This document shows, piece by piece, positions 31,636 through 42,983 of a stretch of DNA of 64,000 nucleotides; the stretch's first letter is position 1; the number at the start of each line of letters is the position of its first letter. Position numbers and translations under genes: made by a program. A model generated the notes under the pieces. That model did not search any database and was not told where the DNA came from. It worked only from the letters and a program-made list of their open reading frames with translations. Source of the DNA: Picochlorum sp. SENEW3 (lineage: Eukaryota); assembly GCA_034226945.1 (NCBI GenBank), contig CP120458.1, positions 930,001-994,000 of the forward strand, read 5' to 3'.

Positions 31636-32977
31636 CTACATCTCTCGATCACACCCTGGACACGAATGCACGTGGGAATGAATGTATTCATCACAGTCCA
31701 GACAGAACACATTCATACATTGTGTACACTGTGAAATATCCGAAGTCTCATCATCTTGATTTCCAGGGCGAATCAGATTCATACAGCAGCTGAAGCAACG
31801 TTGAACAGGTGCTTCCTGAATCTCCTTGAATGGAGCCACAGGAAACAAATGGTGATACGATCGCGCTAAATGGGGCGAAGCAATCAGTGTCAGTCCACAC
31901 ACATGGCACTCTGATGGCACTTCCATGGTTCTAGCTCGACACTGGGGACAAATGAAGGACCCTGCCTTGAGGCTGCATTCAGATCCCACAAAGCATGCAG
32001 CCCCGGGAGCTGATGACGCCTGCGAGGGAAAGCCAACCCTCACGAGACTCAGTTTCTCTGTCTCATCTCCTTTCAATGACGGAGGAGGTGTTGCATGTTC
32101 CATCACCAGGTGCTCCATATGCTCCTGATCAAGCGCCACACCATAGGTCCCCTGTGACTTTTGGGCTAGCAGTTTGAAAATGTACACTTCTGCAGCCAAC
32201 CCTACAATTGACACCCGAATATGCTGCTTCACAGTCGCATCAATACTACTCATAATATCACCCGGATCGCATGTCGATAAAGACGCCAGCAGGCACAAAA
32301 TCTCCCGATGACCATAGGGGGGGATATGCCGCAACACATCTGTTGCAACATCTAATGCATTACCCAAGGATGCTGTCCCTCCAGTATCTAAATTTGCTTT
32401 CAATTTTTCTATATGCATTTCCTACACATGTCAAAATCAAATTAGCATCACTCATCTTGCCCTGAACAAGAACAACTAAATACTAGAAACGCACCGGACT
32501 CGAAGACAGTTCAGTCACCTGCACCGCAACCCCATCCCTCAGCACCACAATTCCCAACTGACTCAGAGGATTCTCATCGAAAAATGCCCTTATAAAACTC
32601 GACGCAGCTGCAAACATGGCCGCAGATCTCACCGGCCGCATATCGTTGATACTTGCTGCCTGAGACAAATCAATCACGAGCTCCAAATACCGAATCATCC
32701 CCCGTCGAATCTGTCCCACCTGCTTCTCATTCATCCTCAACCGTTGTCGCCGCACCTTTTTCTTGAACGCATCAACCTACAATAGGCATCGGTATCGTAT
32801 GAACGATCATCAGCCTCTACCCATCACCCCGTAAACATGCACAAAACGTACAGAAGAACGAAGCCTTCCATGCTCATCTTCTTCCAACTGATCCCACGAG
32901 TGCTCATCCCTGTACGCCCGATCCCCATTCGCCACGCTACCAGATGGCATATTCCTTGGATGCTGCTCTATATCCAT
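31636..32977 (-). CDS. GTF2H2: TFIIH subunit p44/SSL1, multi-exon
   Basis: SWDQLEEDEHG exon, RRGMIRYL, FFDENPLSQLG, SLGNAL, STCDPGDI, CPQC..CHVCGLTL..PHLARSYHHLFP, C-terminal FCLDCD..H..HSCPGC. Confidence 0.92.
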
Positions 32978-33263
32978 GGCAATAGAACGCGATACGCTCC
33001 CTTTTTGAATAAATTCGTGTCGTCTAGAAAAATCCCTTCCACCCTACATGCTCGGTGGTATCATCACCTTTCCTCGCATCTCTACCACTATCATAACAGT
33101 ACTATTGTTTTGTACTATTGCAAAAGACGCAATGCAGGCCAATGGCATCCAAGTCCACATGGCTTTTTTAAAATACCTTTTTACGCACCTTGATTTTTTT
33201 CATAATTCTCTCCATATCGTACCATTACACACCCATATCTAATGAAATCAAATTTATAAACGC

Positions 33264-34577
33264 ATGAGTTCCTTCATTCGAAAGAAGGGGGGTGCAGGAA
33301 CGACTGGAGGTGGGTGCCATGCATCTTTTTTCATGACTGAGAGCATGGTCGAATCCAAATTCAATGGGACAACCATCACCATGCTTTGATATCTATGCAG
33401 ATACTGTGGGTACTAGGCCTGGTCCTCATGGGATTCCAGTCGTCTCATCTGGGCATGCTGACTTGGACAAGTTGTATGGAGGAGGTATACCCTTGGGGAC
33501 TCTGAATCTGGTTTCAGAGGATGGCTGGACGTCTCATCATCGATACATACTTCAGTATTTTGTATCTGAAGGACTGGCTGTTGGCCAGGTGCGTGTTTTG
33601 TAATGTTTTACATGGTACATAATGCAGCATAAAAAGAAATCATCCTGCCACAACTTCTCTGTGTGCAGCGTGTTGCCATGGTGACATTCGGATCGTCTAC
33701 TATAGAAGAGTATATTTTAAAGAATATGACGCGGCAGGATGCCGCGAAGGAAGAAGCTGCTGAGAAAGCTGCTGAAGCAGCTCGAGAGGAAACAAAGCTA
33801 CGGATTGCATGGCAGTATGAAAAGTTTGCAAAGAAGAGTGGAAATACAATGCAGAGTGCTTCGACGCCAGCATTGGGGACTCATAAATCACCCATGATGA
33901 GAACACGGTCGCCCTGGTGCCATGATTTTGATATATCAAAGCCACCGTCAAAGGAAGAGTTGGAGAAGACATTGCAGCAACAGGGAGGAGCATGTACCTA
34001 TAGTCTTGCTGCTGGGGATCCCTTTGTGGCAAAGACGCTGTCATATATGAAGGAATTTTCTCAATCAATAAGAGCATCATCAACAGTAGGAAGAGTCGTG
34101 ATACCTTCCCTGGGAGGCATCGAATGGACGGATGCTTCTGATGCCAGGTTGCTTGGTCTTCTGATGCTGTTAAAACAGCATGCACAGCAGACACAGCTCT
34201 GCATTTTTATATCTATACCACTACAAGAGATGTCTCCATCTCTTGCAGCAAAGATGTGTCATGTCGTGGACAGTGTCCTAGATTTACAATCTGTCGAAGA
34301 TATGTCTCAAGTGGTCAAGCTGTCGCCAGACCCGCGCACTGTTGCAGGACATGTAGAGATTAGAAAATTGCCGGCATTCGGTGCACCATCAGCACCATTG
34401 CCGCAGATAACATCGTATGTGATACGTCATAAGAGACGGCGAATAACCATTCGACCTGTCGAAGTGGATCCTGATGCAGAATTTCAACAGCAAGAACAAG
34501 GACAGGGTGGTGGAACGGACATGGCCATGGCATGTGGAGGAGGCCATCCAAGAACCCGAGATACATTGGATTTCTGA
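33264..34577 (+). CDS. ELP4: Elongator complex protein 4; 3 exons (introns 33310-33400, 33589-33668)
   Basis: MSSFIRK start, [42 protein letters not shown], terminal LDF. Confidence 0.9.
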
Positions 34578-34656
34578 CTCTCTTGGGCCATTAATTCGCA
34601 TTAATTTAATTTATTATATCATCTATCCTCGTGTATACGAAGAGATTGTGTTGGAG

Positions 34657-36528
34657 ATGAAGGTACACAACGTTGCAGGTGATGCACCATCCACCACGGC
34701 AATACAGCGTCTTGCTCTTTCATATCCCACCACGGTAATACCTGTCTCAAATGCTTACAAGCCATTTTTACAAAGCTCTAGGAAGACGATGTATCCTGGA
34801 TACCAGGAGGGATGGACAAGAGCACAGAGTACTACCAGCAGAAATAGTGTGTCTACTGCTGCTCGTGCAGAGGAAAACCACCACAAAAACGCATCACAGG
34901 ATACAATGGGAGTGGATGATCAATACAAGCCTTTCCTTGATGCATGGGATCGCACATTTATCAATGCTGAGGAAGAGGTGGAGGGATATGAGTGCCAGGT
35001 TGAGGGAGAGATTCCACAAGAGATTGCGGGTACACTGTTTCGGGTTGGACCAAACAGGTTTGATATCGTCAATCATCCGTATGATGGAGATGGATTTATA
35101 GCAAGTCTTAGGATTGAAAACGGCAAGGCATATTTTAAAAGTCGGTTTGTGGAGACGTACGAGTATGCTGCCGAAAAGAATGTGGATAGAGCATTGTTTC
35201 GAGGAACATTTGCAACACAGCGAGAGAATGCCTCAAATTTCGGTGATATATATGTGAAAAACACATCAAATACAAACATTCAATATTATGATGGCAATCT
35301 ATGGACGTTTTTTGAGGCTGGGCAGCCATATCGAATAGATCCATCCACGCTAGAAACTCTTGGAATTGAAACATTTGGAGGAGCTGTCAAGACTGGTCTT
35401 CCATTTGATTTGGGGTCATCTCTGTCGAATACCATCATGGGAAAGATGGTATCCGCGGCTCAAAAGTTCAGTGGGGAAGAATATTTTGCATCTGGTGAGG
35501 GTGTGCCTGAGCATTTAATACGAGCAGGAGGGCATGCTGTGACTGCCCACCCTCGGATTGTTGACTATGGCAAGAGCTTTTGTACCTTTTCGTATCAAAT
35601 GAAGATGGGTGTCATCGATGCGAGTGAGATTACGTTTCCCCCTCTCTATACAGAGATACGATTTATGGAATTCTCCAGATCCGAGATGGTGCGAGAAAGA
35701 ACAGTGAGCATACCAGGCTTTGCCTTTCTCCACGACTTTGCGGTGACAGACAACTACTACATCATCTTTAAAAATCCAGTGACCGTGGACAATGTAGCCT
35801 ATATGTCTGGCGCTGCTCCAGCTGCTTCATGCGTCCGATGGATTGATGGAAAACCGACGATACTGTACGTCATTCCGAGGGATGCATCTGACCCTCGTCC
35901 CATTGAACAGTTGACCCTGCCAGGTCTCTTTGTCTTCCACCATGCTAATGCGTATGATACAGAGAACGGAAACGAGATCATCATAGACTCGATTCACTAT
36001 CCATCACTTCCAGCTGTAGGAAAAGAAGCGCTTCCTTCTCAATCAATAGATCCTAATGCAGCATTTCAGTCACGGTTGAAACGAGTCCAGGTCAACTTGA
36101 CATCTCACACAGCAACCATCAGCAATCTATGCGACGAGTACTTGGAGATGCCAACAATAAATAGAAATGTTGCGGGGAAGAGACATCGATATGTGTACGG
36201 ATATCAGTCTGATTTCCCAAACAGACTGATTGGCGTCACACAAGTGGACACGGAAGGAGGAGGCGTGCCAACCACATCATCCTGGTTCCCAGGCCCTGGA
36301 GAATTCCTGCTCGAGCCCCACTTCATTCCCAAAACCACCACCACTGAAGATGATACAGACGAAGGATGGGTCATAGCTCAGTACTTTGATTCAAACACGA
36401 CGCAATCTGGATTTTTCATATTTGATGCAGCCCACATTCCTCGAGGGCCCATTGCCAAGGTCTATTGCAATAGAGGTCCATTGCCGTCTGCCCTCCATGG
36501 ATGCTGGACACCCACACGTTTCCATTAA
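34657..36528 (+). CDS. Carotenoid cleavage dioxygenase (RPE65/CCD family)
   Basis: VEGEIP..GTLFRVGP, HPYDGDG, four iron-ligand His contexts (TAHP, LHDF, FHHAN, LHGCW). Confidence 0.9.
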   Translation: MKVHNVAGDAPSTTAIQRLALSYPTTVIPVSNAYKPFLQSSRKTMYPGYQEGWTRAQSTTSRNSVSTAARAEENHHKNASQDTMGVDDQYKPFLDAWDRTFINAEEEVEGYECQVEGEIPQEIAGTLFRVGPNRFDIVNHPYDGDGFIASLRIENGKAYFKSRFVETYEYAAEKNVDRALFRGTFATQRENASNFGDIYVKNTSNTNIQYYDGNLWTFFEAGQPYRIDPSTLETLGIETFGGAVKTGLPFDLGSSLSNTIMGKMVSAAQKFSGEEYFASGEGVPEHLIRAGGHAVTAHPRIVDYGKSFCTFSYQMKMGVIDASEITFPPLYTEIRFMEFSRSEMVRERTVSIPGFAFLHDFAVTDNYYIIFKNPVTVDNVAYMSGAAPAASCVRWIDGKPTILYVIPRDASDPRPIEQLTLPGLFVFHHANAYDTENGNEIIIDSIHYPSLPAVGKEALPSQSIDPNAAFQSRLKRVQVNLTSHTATISNLCDEYLEMPTINRNVAGKRHRYVYGYQSDFPNRLIGVTQVDTEGGGVPTTSSWFPGPGEFLLEPHFIPKTTTTEDDTDEGWVIAQYFDSNTTQSGFFIFDAAHIPRGPIAKVYCNRGPLPSALHGCWTPTRFH

Positions 36529-36655
36529 TTATTTTCATTATTTTATGTAAAGTGATTTCCTACTATTGTGTGGATACACATTGTATCCTGCATCGCGAGA
36601 ATCTTAAACACATTGCTGTGTTTTTTTTTCTTTTTTTTGCAACACGATCGAGTGT

Positions 36656-37395
36656 ATGTCCTGCGCAAAGCACATTGCATTTGCCTTTCATTCATATTTG
36701 AAAACATCGCCTCTCCATACATCGTCAATTGCAAGGTACGCGCATAGATAGTATTGCCATCCCACATACAGACAGGTGACACCGAGTATCCGTACTACTA
36801 CTGCTCTTGCAGCGCCATCATGAAGATTTACACAAAGACTGGGGACAAAGGCACTTCCAGTCTGTACAATGGAGAGAGAAGATCCAAAACAGACGATGTG
36901 TTCAAAGCATTAGGGGACGTGGATGAACTCAACTCGCTTCTAGGTATTGCACGAGAGCACATTGGCGAGTCCACAGTGGATACCCAGATTCAAGAGATTC
37001 AGTCTCGCCTCTTGGACGTTGGATCATGTATCGCGACACCTCCAGAATCATCGAGTGAATCAAAACGACAGAGGGTCGAATTCGAATCCGTCCATGTGGA
37101 GCGACTGGAATCATGGATTGATGAACATTCAGAGACATTGCCAGCATTGACCCAGTTCATTCTTCCATCTGGTGGATTGGCTGCATCCCATCTCCATCTC
37201 GCCCGTTCCGTTTGTCGAAGAGCTGAGAGATCCGTTATAGCATGTTACATGTCGCATGGTGACCAAGAGATTGCTCAAGCGTCATCGGACAGTCGAGTCA
37301 GGGTGTATTTGAACCGCCTGAGCGATTATTTATTTACAATTGCCAGAGTCTGTGCATTCAAAGAGAACAGACCAGAGGTCACCTATCGCAAATAA
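36656..37395 (+). CDS. MMAB: ATP:cob(I)alamin adenosyltransferase (PduO/MMAB type); 2 exons (intron ~36736-36812) adding a targeting peptide
   Basis: KIYTKTGDKG, GDVDELNS, FILPSG, HLARSVCRRAER, YLNRLSDYLF. The upstream exon from ATG 36656 joins in frame; otherwise the start is 36820. Confidence 0.9.
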
Positions 37396-37588
37396 TACTC
37401 AAGAATATTTCATATTAGTATTTAATAAAAATACATGGATGAAATAAAGCACGAGTGCCTCAAGCTGTGAACATTTTAACCAAAAATAACTCCACCTACA
37501 TTTTTCTTATAAAACAACAGCAACGGCGCATCTAGTCGCGTCTCTAAACTACCTGTATTGCTTTCATATACATATATAGATAATAATA

Positions 37589-39180
37589 ATGTCGTCATCG
37601 TATCGGCATAGGTCGAGGGAGGGAGAATGGAGCAGGGACGGGACCCCGTCGTCGTCTGGGAGGGCACAGTCTCCAGGGAGAAGGAGGACGAGGCGTCGAG
37701 GAGACCAGGATATTGGCCACGGGAATGGTGATGAGAATGAGAAAAGGTGCACTTTGAATATTCTACGGCATGGCCATCATCATCACGTGTGTTGTGTGGC
37801 AGTTGACTGACATGAGTTTCTCCATTGTGTGTTGTATTGTTCAGGAGGAGGATGGAAAGAAGCAGGGTTGGTCGTCCAGATACTATGCGTGACGATAGAA
37901 TAGTATCAGAGCCTACCCGGAGTATTCTGATTACCAACATACCAAAGAATGTGAAATTATATGAGTTGGAGGCATTGTTTTCCTCAGTTCCAGGGACAAT
38001 GGCCATGGCGCTGCTGAACAGCAAGTATGGTGGCGTGGTGGGAGAGGAGGAGGATACGGCTGTTGAAGCTGCATTTTTGTTGATGACAGGAAGGGATACA
38101 GCGACTGCTCTTATGGAGTCAGACTGGAAGCATAGCGCATATTGCAGAGATGCAAAGATGACTCTTGAGTTTGCAGAGTACAGCTTGGAATGCAGTATGA
38201 AGGCACGTGTTGTTCCAACCCGTGTCTGGATATGCGCATCATGTCGTTCTGATAATGCTCCAAAGAGGGATACATGTTTTTCTTGTGGGATGCTGCGATG
38301 TATTGGATGTGAACTTGTGGATCCATTAGTACCCACAAAGTCACTTAGGATTTCAAATATTGATGGGGATGTGCCAGAGGGAGAGCTGGAGGCGCGAATC
38401 AAATCGATTGCTGGTGTGCATAGTATACGAGTTTTGAGGGATAAAAGTACCGGAAGACCAACAGGTTTTGCATATTGCAACTGCTTTTCTGTAGATGATG
38501 CCATATTGATTCGAGAGTCTCTCCATGATTCTCCCCATGGACACCATGGGCAATTGTTGCAGGTTGAATTCTGTCCAGAGCGAAACCACACAAAGCGTTC
38601 TTCTTCTTCTTTTGGTGGTAATGGTGCTCCTGCTCCTGCTGCTACAAAGACGCCAGAGAATGTACCCTCTGTGGACTGGGAGCCGGCAGAATTTCAGCAT
38701 GATGATGTGGCGACCAATGCTGGTGGGCCTCTTTCGAGTGAGACAAGAGACTCTGGGTTTGTGTATGACGCGGTTTCTGGGTATATGAAGGAAGTATCAT
38801 CGGGTTTGTACTACGATGTACACAGTGGATATTATTTTGATCCAATCACGCAGGTGTGGGGTACCAAGGATCCCATTACGAATGCTTTTGTCCCCTATGT
38901 GGATGACAATAAAGGAGCAACAACATTAGATGTTGTTGCTAAACATGAGCAACAGAGAGTATCATCTCGCACCGAGACTGATACTCATAAAATGAACAAT
39001 AATGTAGAAGATGAAAGAGATCAGAAAGCGTCAGAAACAGCAAAGGTGAAAGGCAAGGGAGCAGTCATTGGTGCTGCACCACAGATTGTTTCGTCCCATC
39101 AGGAAACCCATAATGAGGACACGCCTAAAAAAGCCAAGGGTATTATTCACAAGGGAACCTGGGCAAAAAAACGACAATAA
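37589..39180 (+). CDS. RBM5/10/SUA-like splicing regulator (RRM, RanBP2 zinc finger, RRM, OCRE); 2 exons (intron 37747-37844)
   Basis: RS-rich exon 1, WICASC..N..RDTCFSC, RDKSTGRPTGFAY, GFVYDAVSGY..GLYYD..SGYYFD (OCRE). No G-patch seen. Confidence 0.8.
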
Positions 39181-39228
39181 ATAATAATTTCGACAGCATG
39201 TGAAAATTAAAAGAATTCCTTCTGAAAG

Positions 39229-40578
39229 TTAGTATGCGACAGACCATGCTTTTGTATCCTCCTCAGATGGTGCATTCTCCTGAATAATAGTCATCATGGG
39301 AAGAGGATCCGAGTTTGTTCTATGCATATCCCGAGACATTTCTTGTACCAAAGGTGGCATCGATTCCGTAGCCCACCCAAGATTTTTCGACACCCTACTC
39401 TTCATGCTTTCAATGGTTCGCCCAGCCACAGCCCTCCCACTGTGCTTGCATGATTCTTTCAGTGCCATGATGACATTACGCCCGACAGCAGACAGAATAT
39501 CTGGGTATTTATCCTGTCTGTTGATTTTATACTGTGCAGGAGGCGCCATCAACATCATATGGACTTTCATTTGACGCTTTTTCAAGGCCTCCTCATACCC
39601 AGGAAGATGCTTGTACGCCTCTGGCTGAACATCCATGGTATGCAGCCCTGGGCCATCCACCCCTCTGATGACGAGTTCTCGCATCTCCTGATGACTTGCA
39701 CAATAAAAACACAATAGATGAACTAAAAAATCATCTACGCCCACAGGAAGACAAAACACTGGAGGCAACCCATACTTGTACCGCATTCGTGATCTCGTAT
39801 GACACGTATATGGAGCAGCAAAATTCACACTCAAGTTTCCCAAGATGGAAAACACCTGCCCAATACCACACCCTAATACACACCCTAACAACCACGTAAG
39901 CCAGCATAACGCTTCTATCTCGCTCTTATACCCATGCGTCCCAACCCCTTTAACTGGAAGCATGTATTCCCTGCCAAGATTCCCACCATACGCAGCTCGT
40001 GCCCATCTCGTCTCTCTCAATCCAAACCAATAGCACTCTTTACATGTCCTCCCAAACACACACCCTCTCCACTTCCACGGCAACACTTTGAAAGAATCCC
40101 AACATGGAACATGCACACTGTGCTTGACAACTTTTGATTTCGGACACCACATATCACACATCCCAACCGTCCACTGACCGGGAGTAACAAATCGCGCATA
40201 CTCTGCTTCAATCTCGTCAAAAGGCACAGGTACTTTATCTCTGTAATCAGAATGCCTCAAAGGCATATGTTTCCGGTACTCATCGTCAGGTTTCCAACAA
40301 GCACAATACGATGAGTGATACACCCTCGAAGCATACCCCATCTTCCTATCTTTCTCAGACTGACAAGGTCCTGGTACGTATATTAATAGTAATACATGGA
40401 GGAAAAGGTTAAAGTATACATCCTTTTTTAATACAAAATACAACCGAGTGCTCGAGTCTCCATGGCCATCGCATGATGGCAATCTACTCAATTGCTGGAT
40501 CCCCCGGACCCGGGATCCAAAGGGCCCTTTAAAAGGAACAGACTCAGAAGTCGACAGCCTGTGGCATTGATATCTCAT
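39229..40578 (-). CDS. PLAC8-family Cys-rich protein
   Basis: WTVGMCD, R.RMRYKYGL..DDFLVHLLCFYCASHQEMREL; 5' structure uncertain. Confidence 0.75.
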   Translation of the reverse strand: MRYQCHRLSTSESVPFKGPFGSRVRGIQQLSRLPSCDGHGDSSTRLYFVLKKDVYFNLFLHVLLLIYVPGPCQSEKDRKMGYASRVYHSSYCACWKPDDEYRKHMPLRHSDYRDKVPVPFDEIEAEYARFVTPGQWTVGMCDMWCPKSKVVKHSVHVPCWDSFKVLPWKWRGCVFGRTCKECYWFGLRETRWARAAYGGNLGREYMLPVKGVGTHGYKSEIEALCWLTWLLGCVLGCGIGQVFSILGNLSVNFAAPYTCHTRSRMRYKYGLPPVFCLPVGVDDFLVHLLCFYCASHQEMRELVIRGVDGPGLHTMDVQPEAYKHLPGYEEALKKRQMKVHMMLMAPPAQYKINRQDKYPDILSAVGRNVIMALKESCKHSGRAVAGRTIESMKSRVSKNLGWATESMPPLVQEMSRDMHRTNSDPLPMMTIIQENAPSEEDTKAWSVAY

Positions 40579-40801
40579 GACGTGAAGAGGATTATTACTA
40601 CCTACTAGTAAGATGGACTGATTCAGAATCCAAGTAATTTTTAATTGCTGGGGCAATCCATTCAATGATTGACGTTGCGGACAAATAGAAAAATACCTGG
40701 CACTGAAAATACTGAAAAGAACCTCTGTCACGAGAGAGAAGTGACTTTGCTTTTGCTTGTCCAATTGGAGTCGTTACAACTCAAACCTCAACACTATCAG
40801 C

Positions 40802-41388
40802 ATGCAGAGTCTTTTTTGGAATTATATTGCTATAGTAGCAGGGCTCACATTGCTTCACCAAAAGGGTGCGAGAGCCCAGGTGCCAGGTGCTGTGCAGATT
40901 GACCCTCAGAATGATGTTGTAGACAATCTCTTGGATGCTCTAGGTATTGATGCTGGTGGCGACCAGGGGCCTTTGGTCGATCGATGGTATTTTTGGTTGA
41001 TTATTGCCGTCGTTATTTTGCTCTTCATCGTCGCCATGTACTTTACCATTCGTGGGTTTATGAGACATGCAAGAAACCGGAAAGAGGTATGCTTGTGTGG
41101 TATTATTATTATTATTACCACTGTGCACTGACCATGATATGAGGCTCATGTGTGTAGAATCAAATCACTTCTATGTTTAAGCAGCCCAAATTTGTACATT
41201 ATTTTGATACGGAGACGGAAGAGTACATCAAAGAGGTGGGGAGAAGGACAGGAAGGCCTCCAGAGCGCATTGCGCAGAAGGCTGCAGTTGTCAAGGATAT
41301 TTCAGTTACACCAGACCCCACGACGGTCATCGTCGATGTTAAAGATAGAGATGCTTCAGAAACAAATAGTAGTAAATCACATGCTTGA
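40802..41388 (+). CDS. Small single-pass membrane protein; 2 exons (intron ~41088-41157)
   Basis: Signal peptide, TM WYFWLIIAVVILLFIVAMYF, in-frame KE|NQITSMFKQPK join. Confidence 0.6.
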
Positions 41389-42508
41389 CACGATTGGTCG
41401 ATGCTGATTGTTGTCCTCTGGACACGGGTCTGGAATGTATGTTAACACTCGTTTGTATCGTGGGATTGCTCGAAGGAGGTAAATTGTTGCAATCACCAAC
41501 CCCACCAGAAAGCCAGCGACCACGTCGCTGACATTGTGCTGATAATCAATTATTCTCGTGCACCCGACGCCCCTGTAATCACCAAGTAGTACTCAGAAAA
41601 CAAAGGTACATCACAGCAAACATGGAAATACCATACCATGGATACCCCAGCAGACAGCAGGTCCATATCTTGGCAACCACGTTGCCCAAGTCTGACAGAA
41701 ATTCTTGCCGGGGTCCTCGACTACGTGGTGCCCACTCAACACGCATATTCCAGCACCAAATCATGTATCCTGCAGCATACATACCAAGTGTCATGGAGAA
41801 GGATGCGTGCCCCGAGGGGAACGACTGCCGACCATCCTGAATGGTGTCCTGGCTATACTCATCACTACACGGATACCATCCTACAGTATTGTTCCCGTAC
41901 TCGAGAACGACGGTTCCCGGATTTTGTGGTAAACACCGTGCCAAAAAATCTGGCCGATACCTCCCAACAGCCACCTTTGTGGCCTCTGTAATCAGCATGC
42001 ATAGCCCCACAGCTTGCGCTAGATCCAATAAAAAGTACACATTCACAGCAAGAGCGTCTGTCAGAGAGTGATGCTGCGATTTACTGTAGTAGAATTCTCC
42101 AACTATCAATGTTGCAATCCCCATGAGCAATGGGACGAAAATGGCAGCCCATGCAGGAACGGTAGGGCCAAACCCCCTCTTTGCCGCCGGTGGATACGAA
42201 ATGGTCGCGTCATAGAGATAAAAAGGATTATCACGAGGATCGACAGTCCAATGAATAATACCAGTTGCAACATAAAAGAATACCAGCAACAAGAGTCCTG
42301 CATGATCCTGTCGACGAATGATTTTCTTCCATTGAATACTCTTGAATGTCCACCGATCCTCTCTGATCACAGAAAATGTTCTTCTGGTCATGCCTTTGCA
42401 AGGTTTGCACTCATCATCCACGTATTCATGTGATGACTGGTGTTCCTCTTGAGTAACTGCTCGTTCGACATCCCTCGACGACGCCATATGTTTTCCTTCG
42501 TCAGCCAT
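41377..42508 (-). CDS. PAP2-family lipid phosphate phosphatase; 2 exons (intron ~41573-41636)
   Basis: KVAVGRYRPDF, SFPSGH, and spliced W|GVGCTRIIDYQHNVSDV giving all three PAP2 motifs. Confidence 0.9.
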
Positions 42509-42983
42509 GCTTGATATTAGAAGTGATAAAAGCCGTATAAACAAATAGTTTGATAATTCTTATCGATATCTTATTGGCAGATTCAGCGTAATGTTGGTAG
42601 TAAAAGATCGCCGCTGCAACGTTTCGGCAATGACAAGTCCCTCAAAACCGAATCCTTCTCCGCACGATCAAGCAACAATATGTATCATATACAAGTAAAT
42701 TACATTCCTTTTGATATATATAGTCCTCTGCAAAGGCCAACGGTTCTCTTGCCACAAGAATGAGTGGAATCATCGATCGATGCATCCGATATATCGGATA
42801 ACGCGGCTCAACCGTCATCGGATTCACTAGAGAACAGACACTGCAGCAGATATTCTAGACATAACTGATACGTATTTATTGTAAACTTAATAAAAAAGCC
42901 TGTGAATTCATCTTCGGCGTAGAAGACACTTCGTGAATCCTCCAATATTCTGGTAGATCCTCTGCGTTCGTTATTCCACAACA

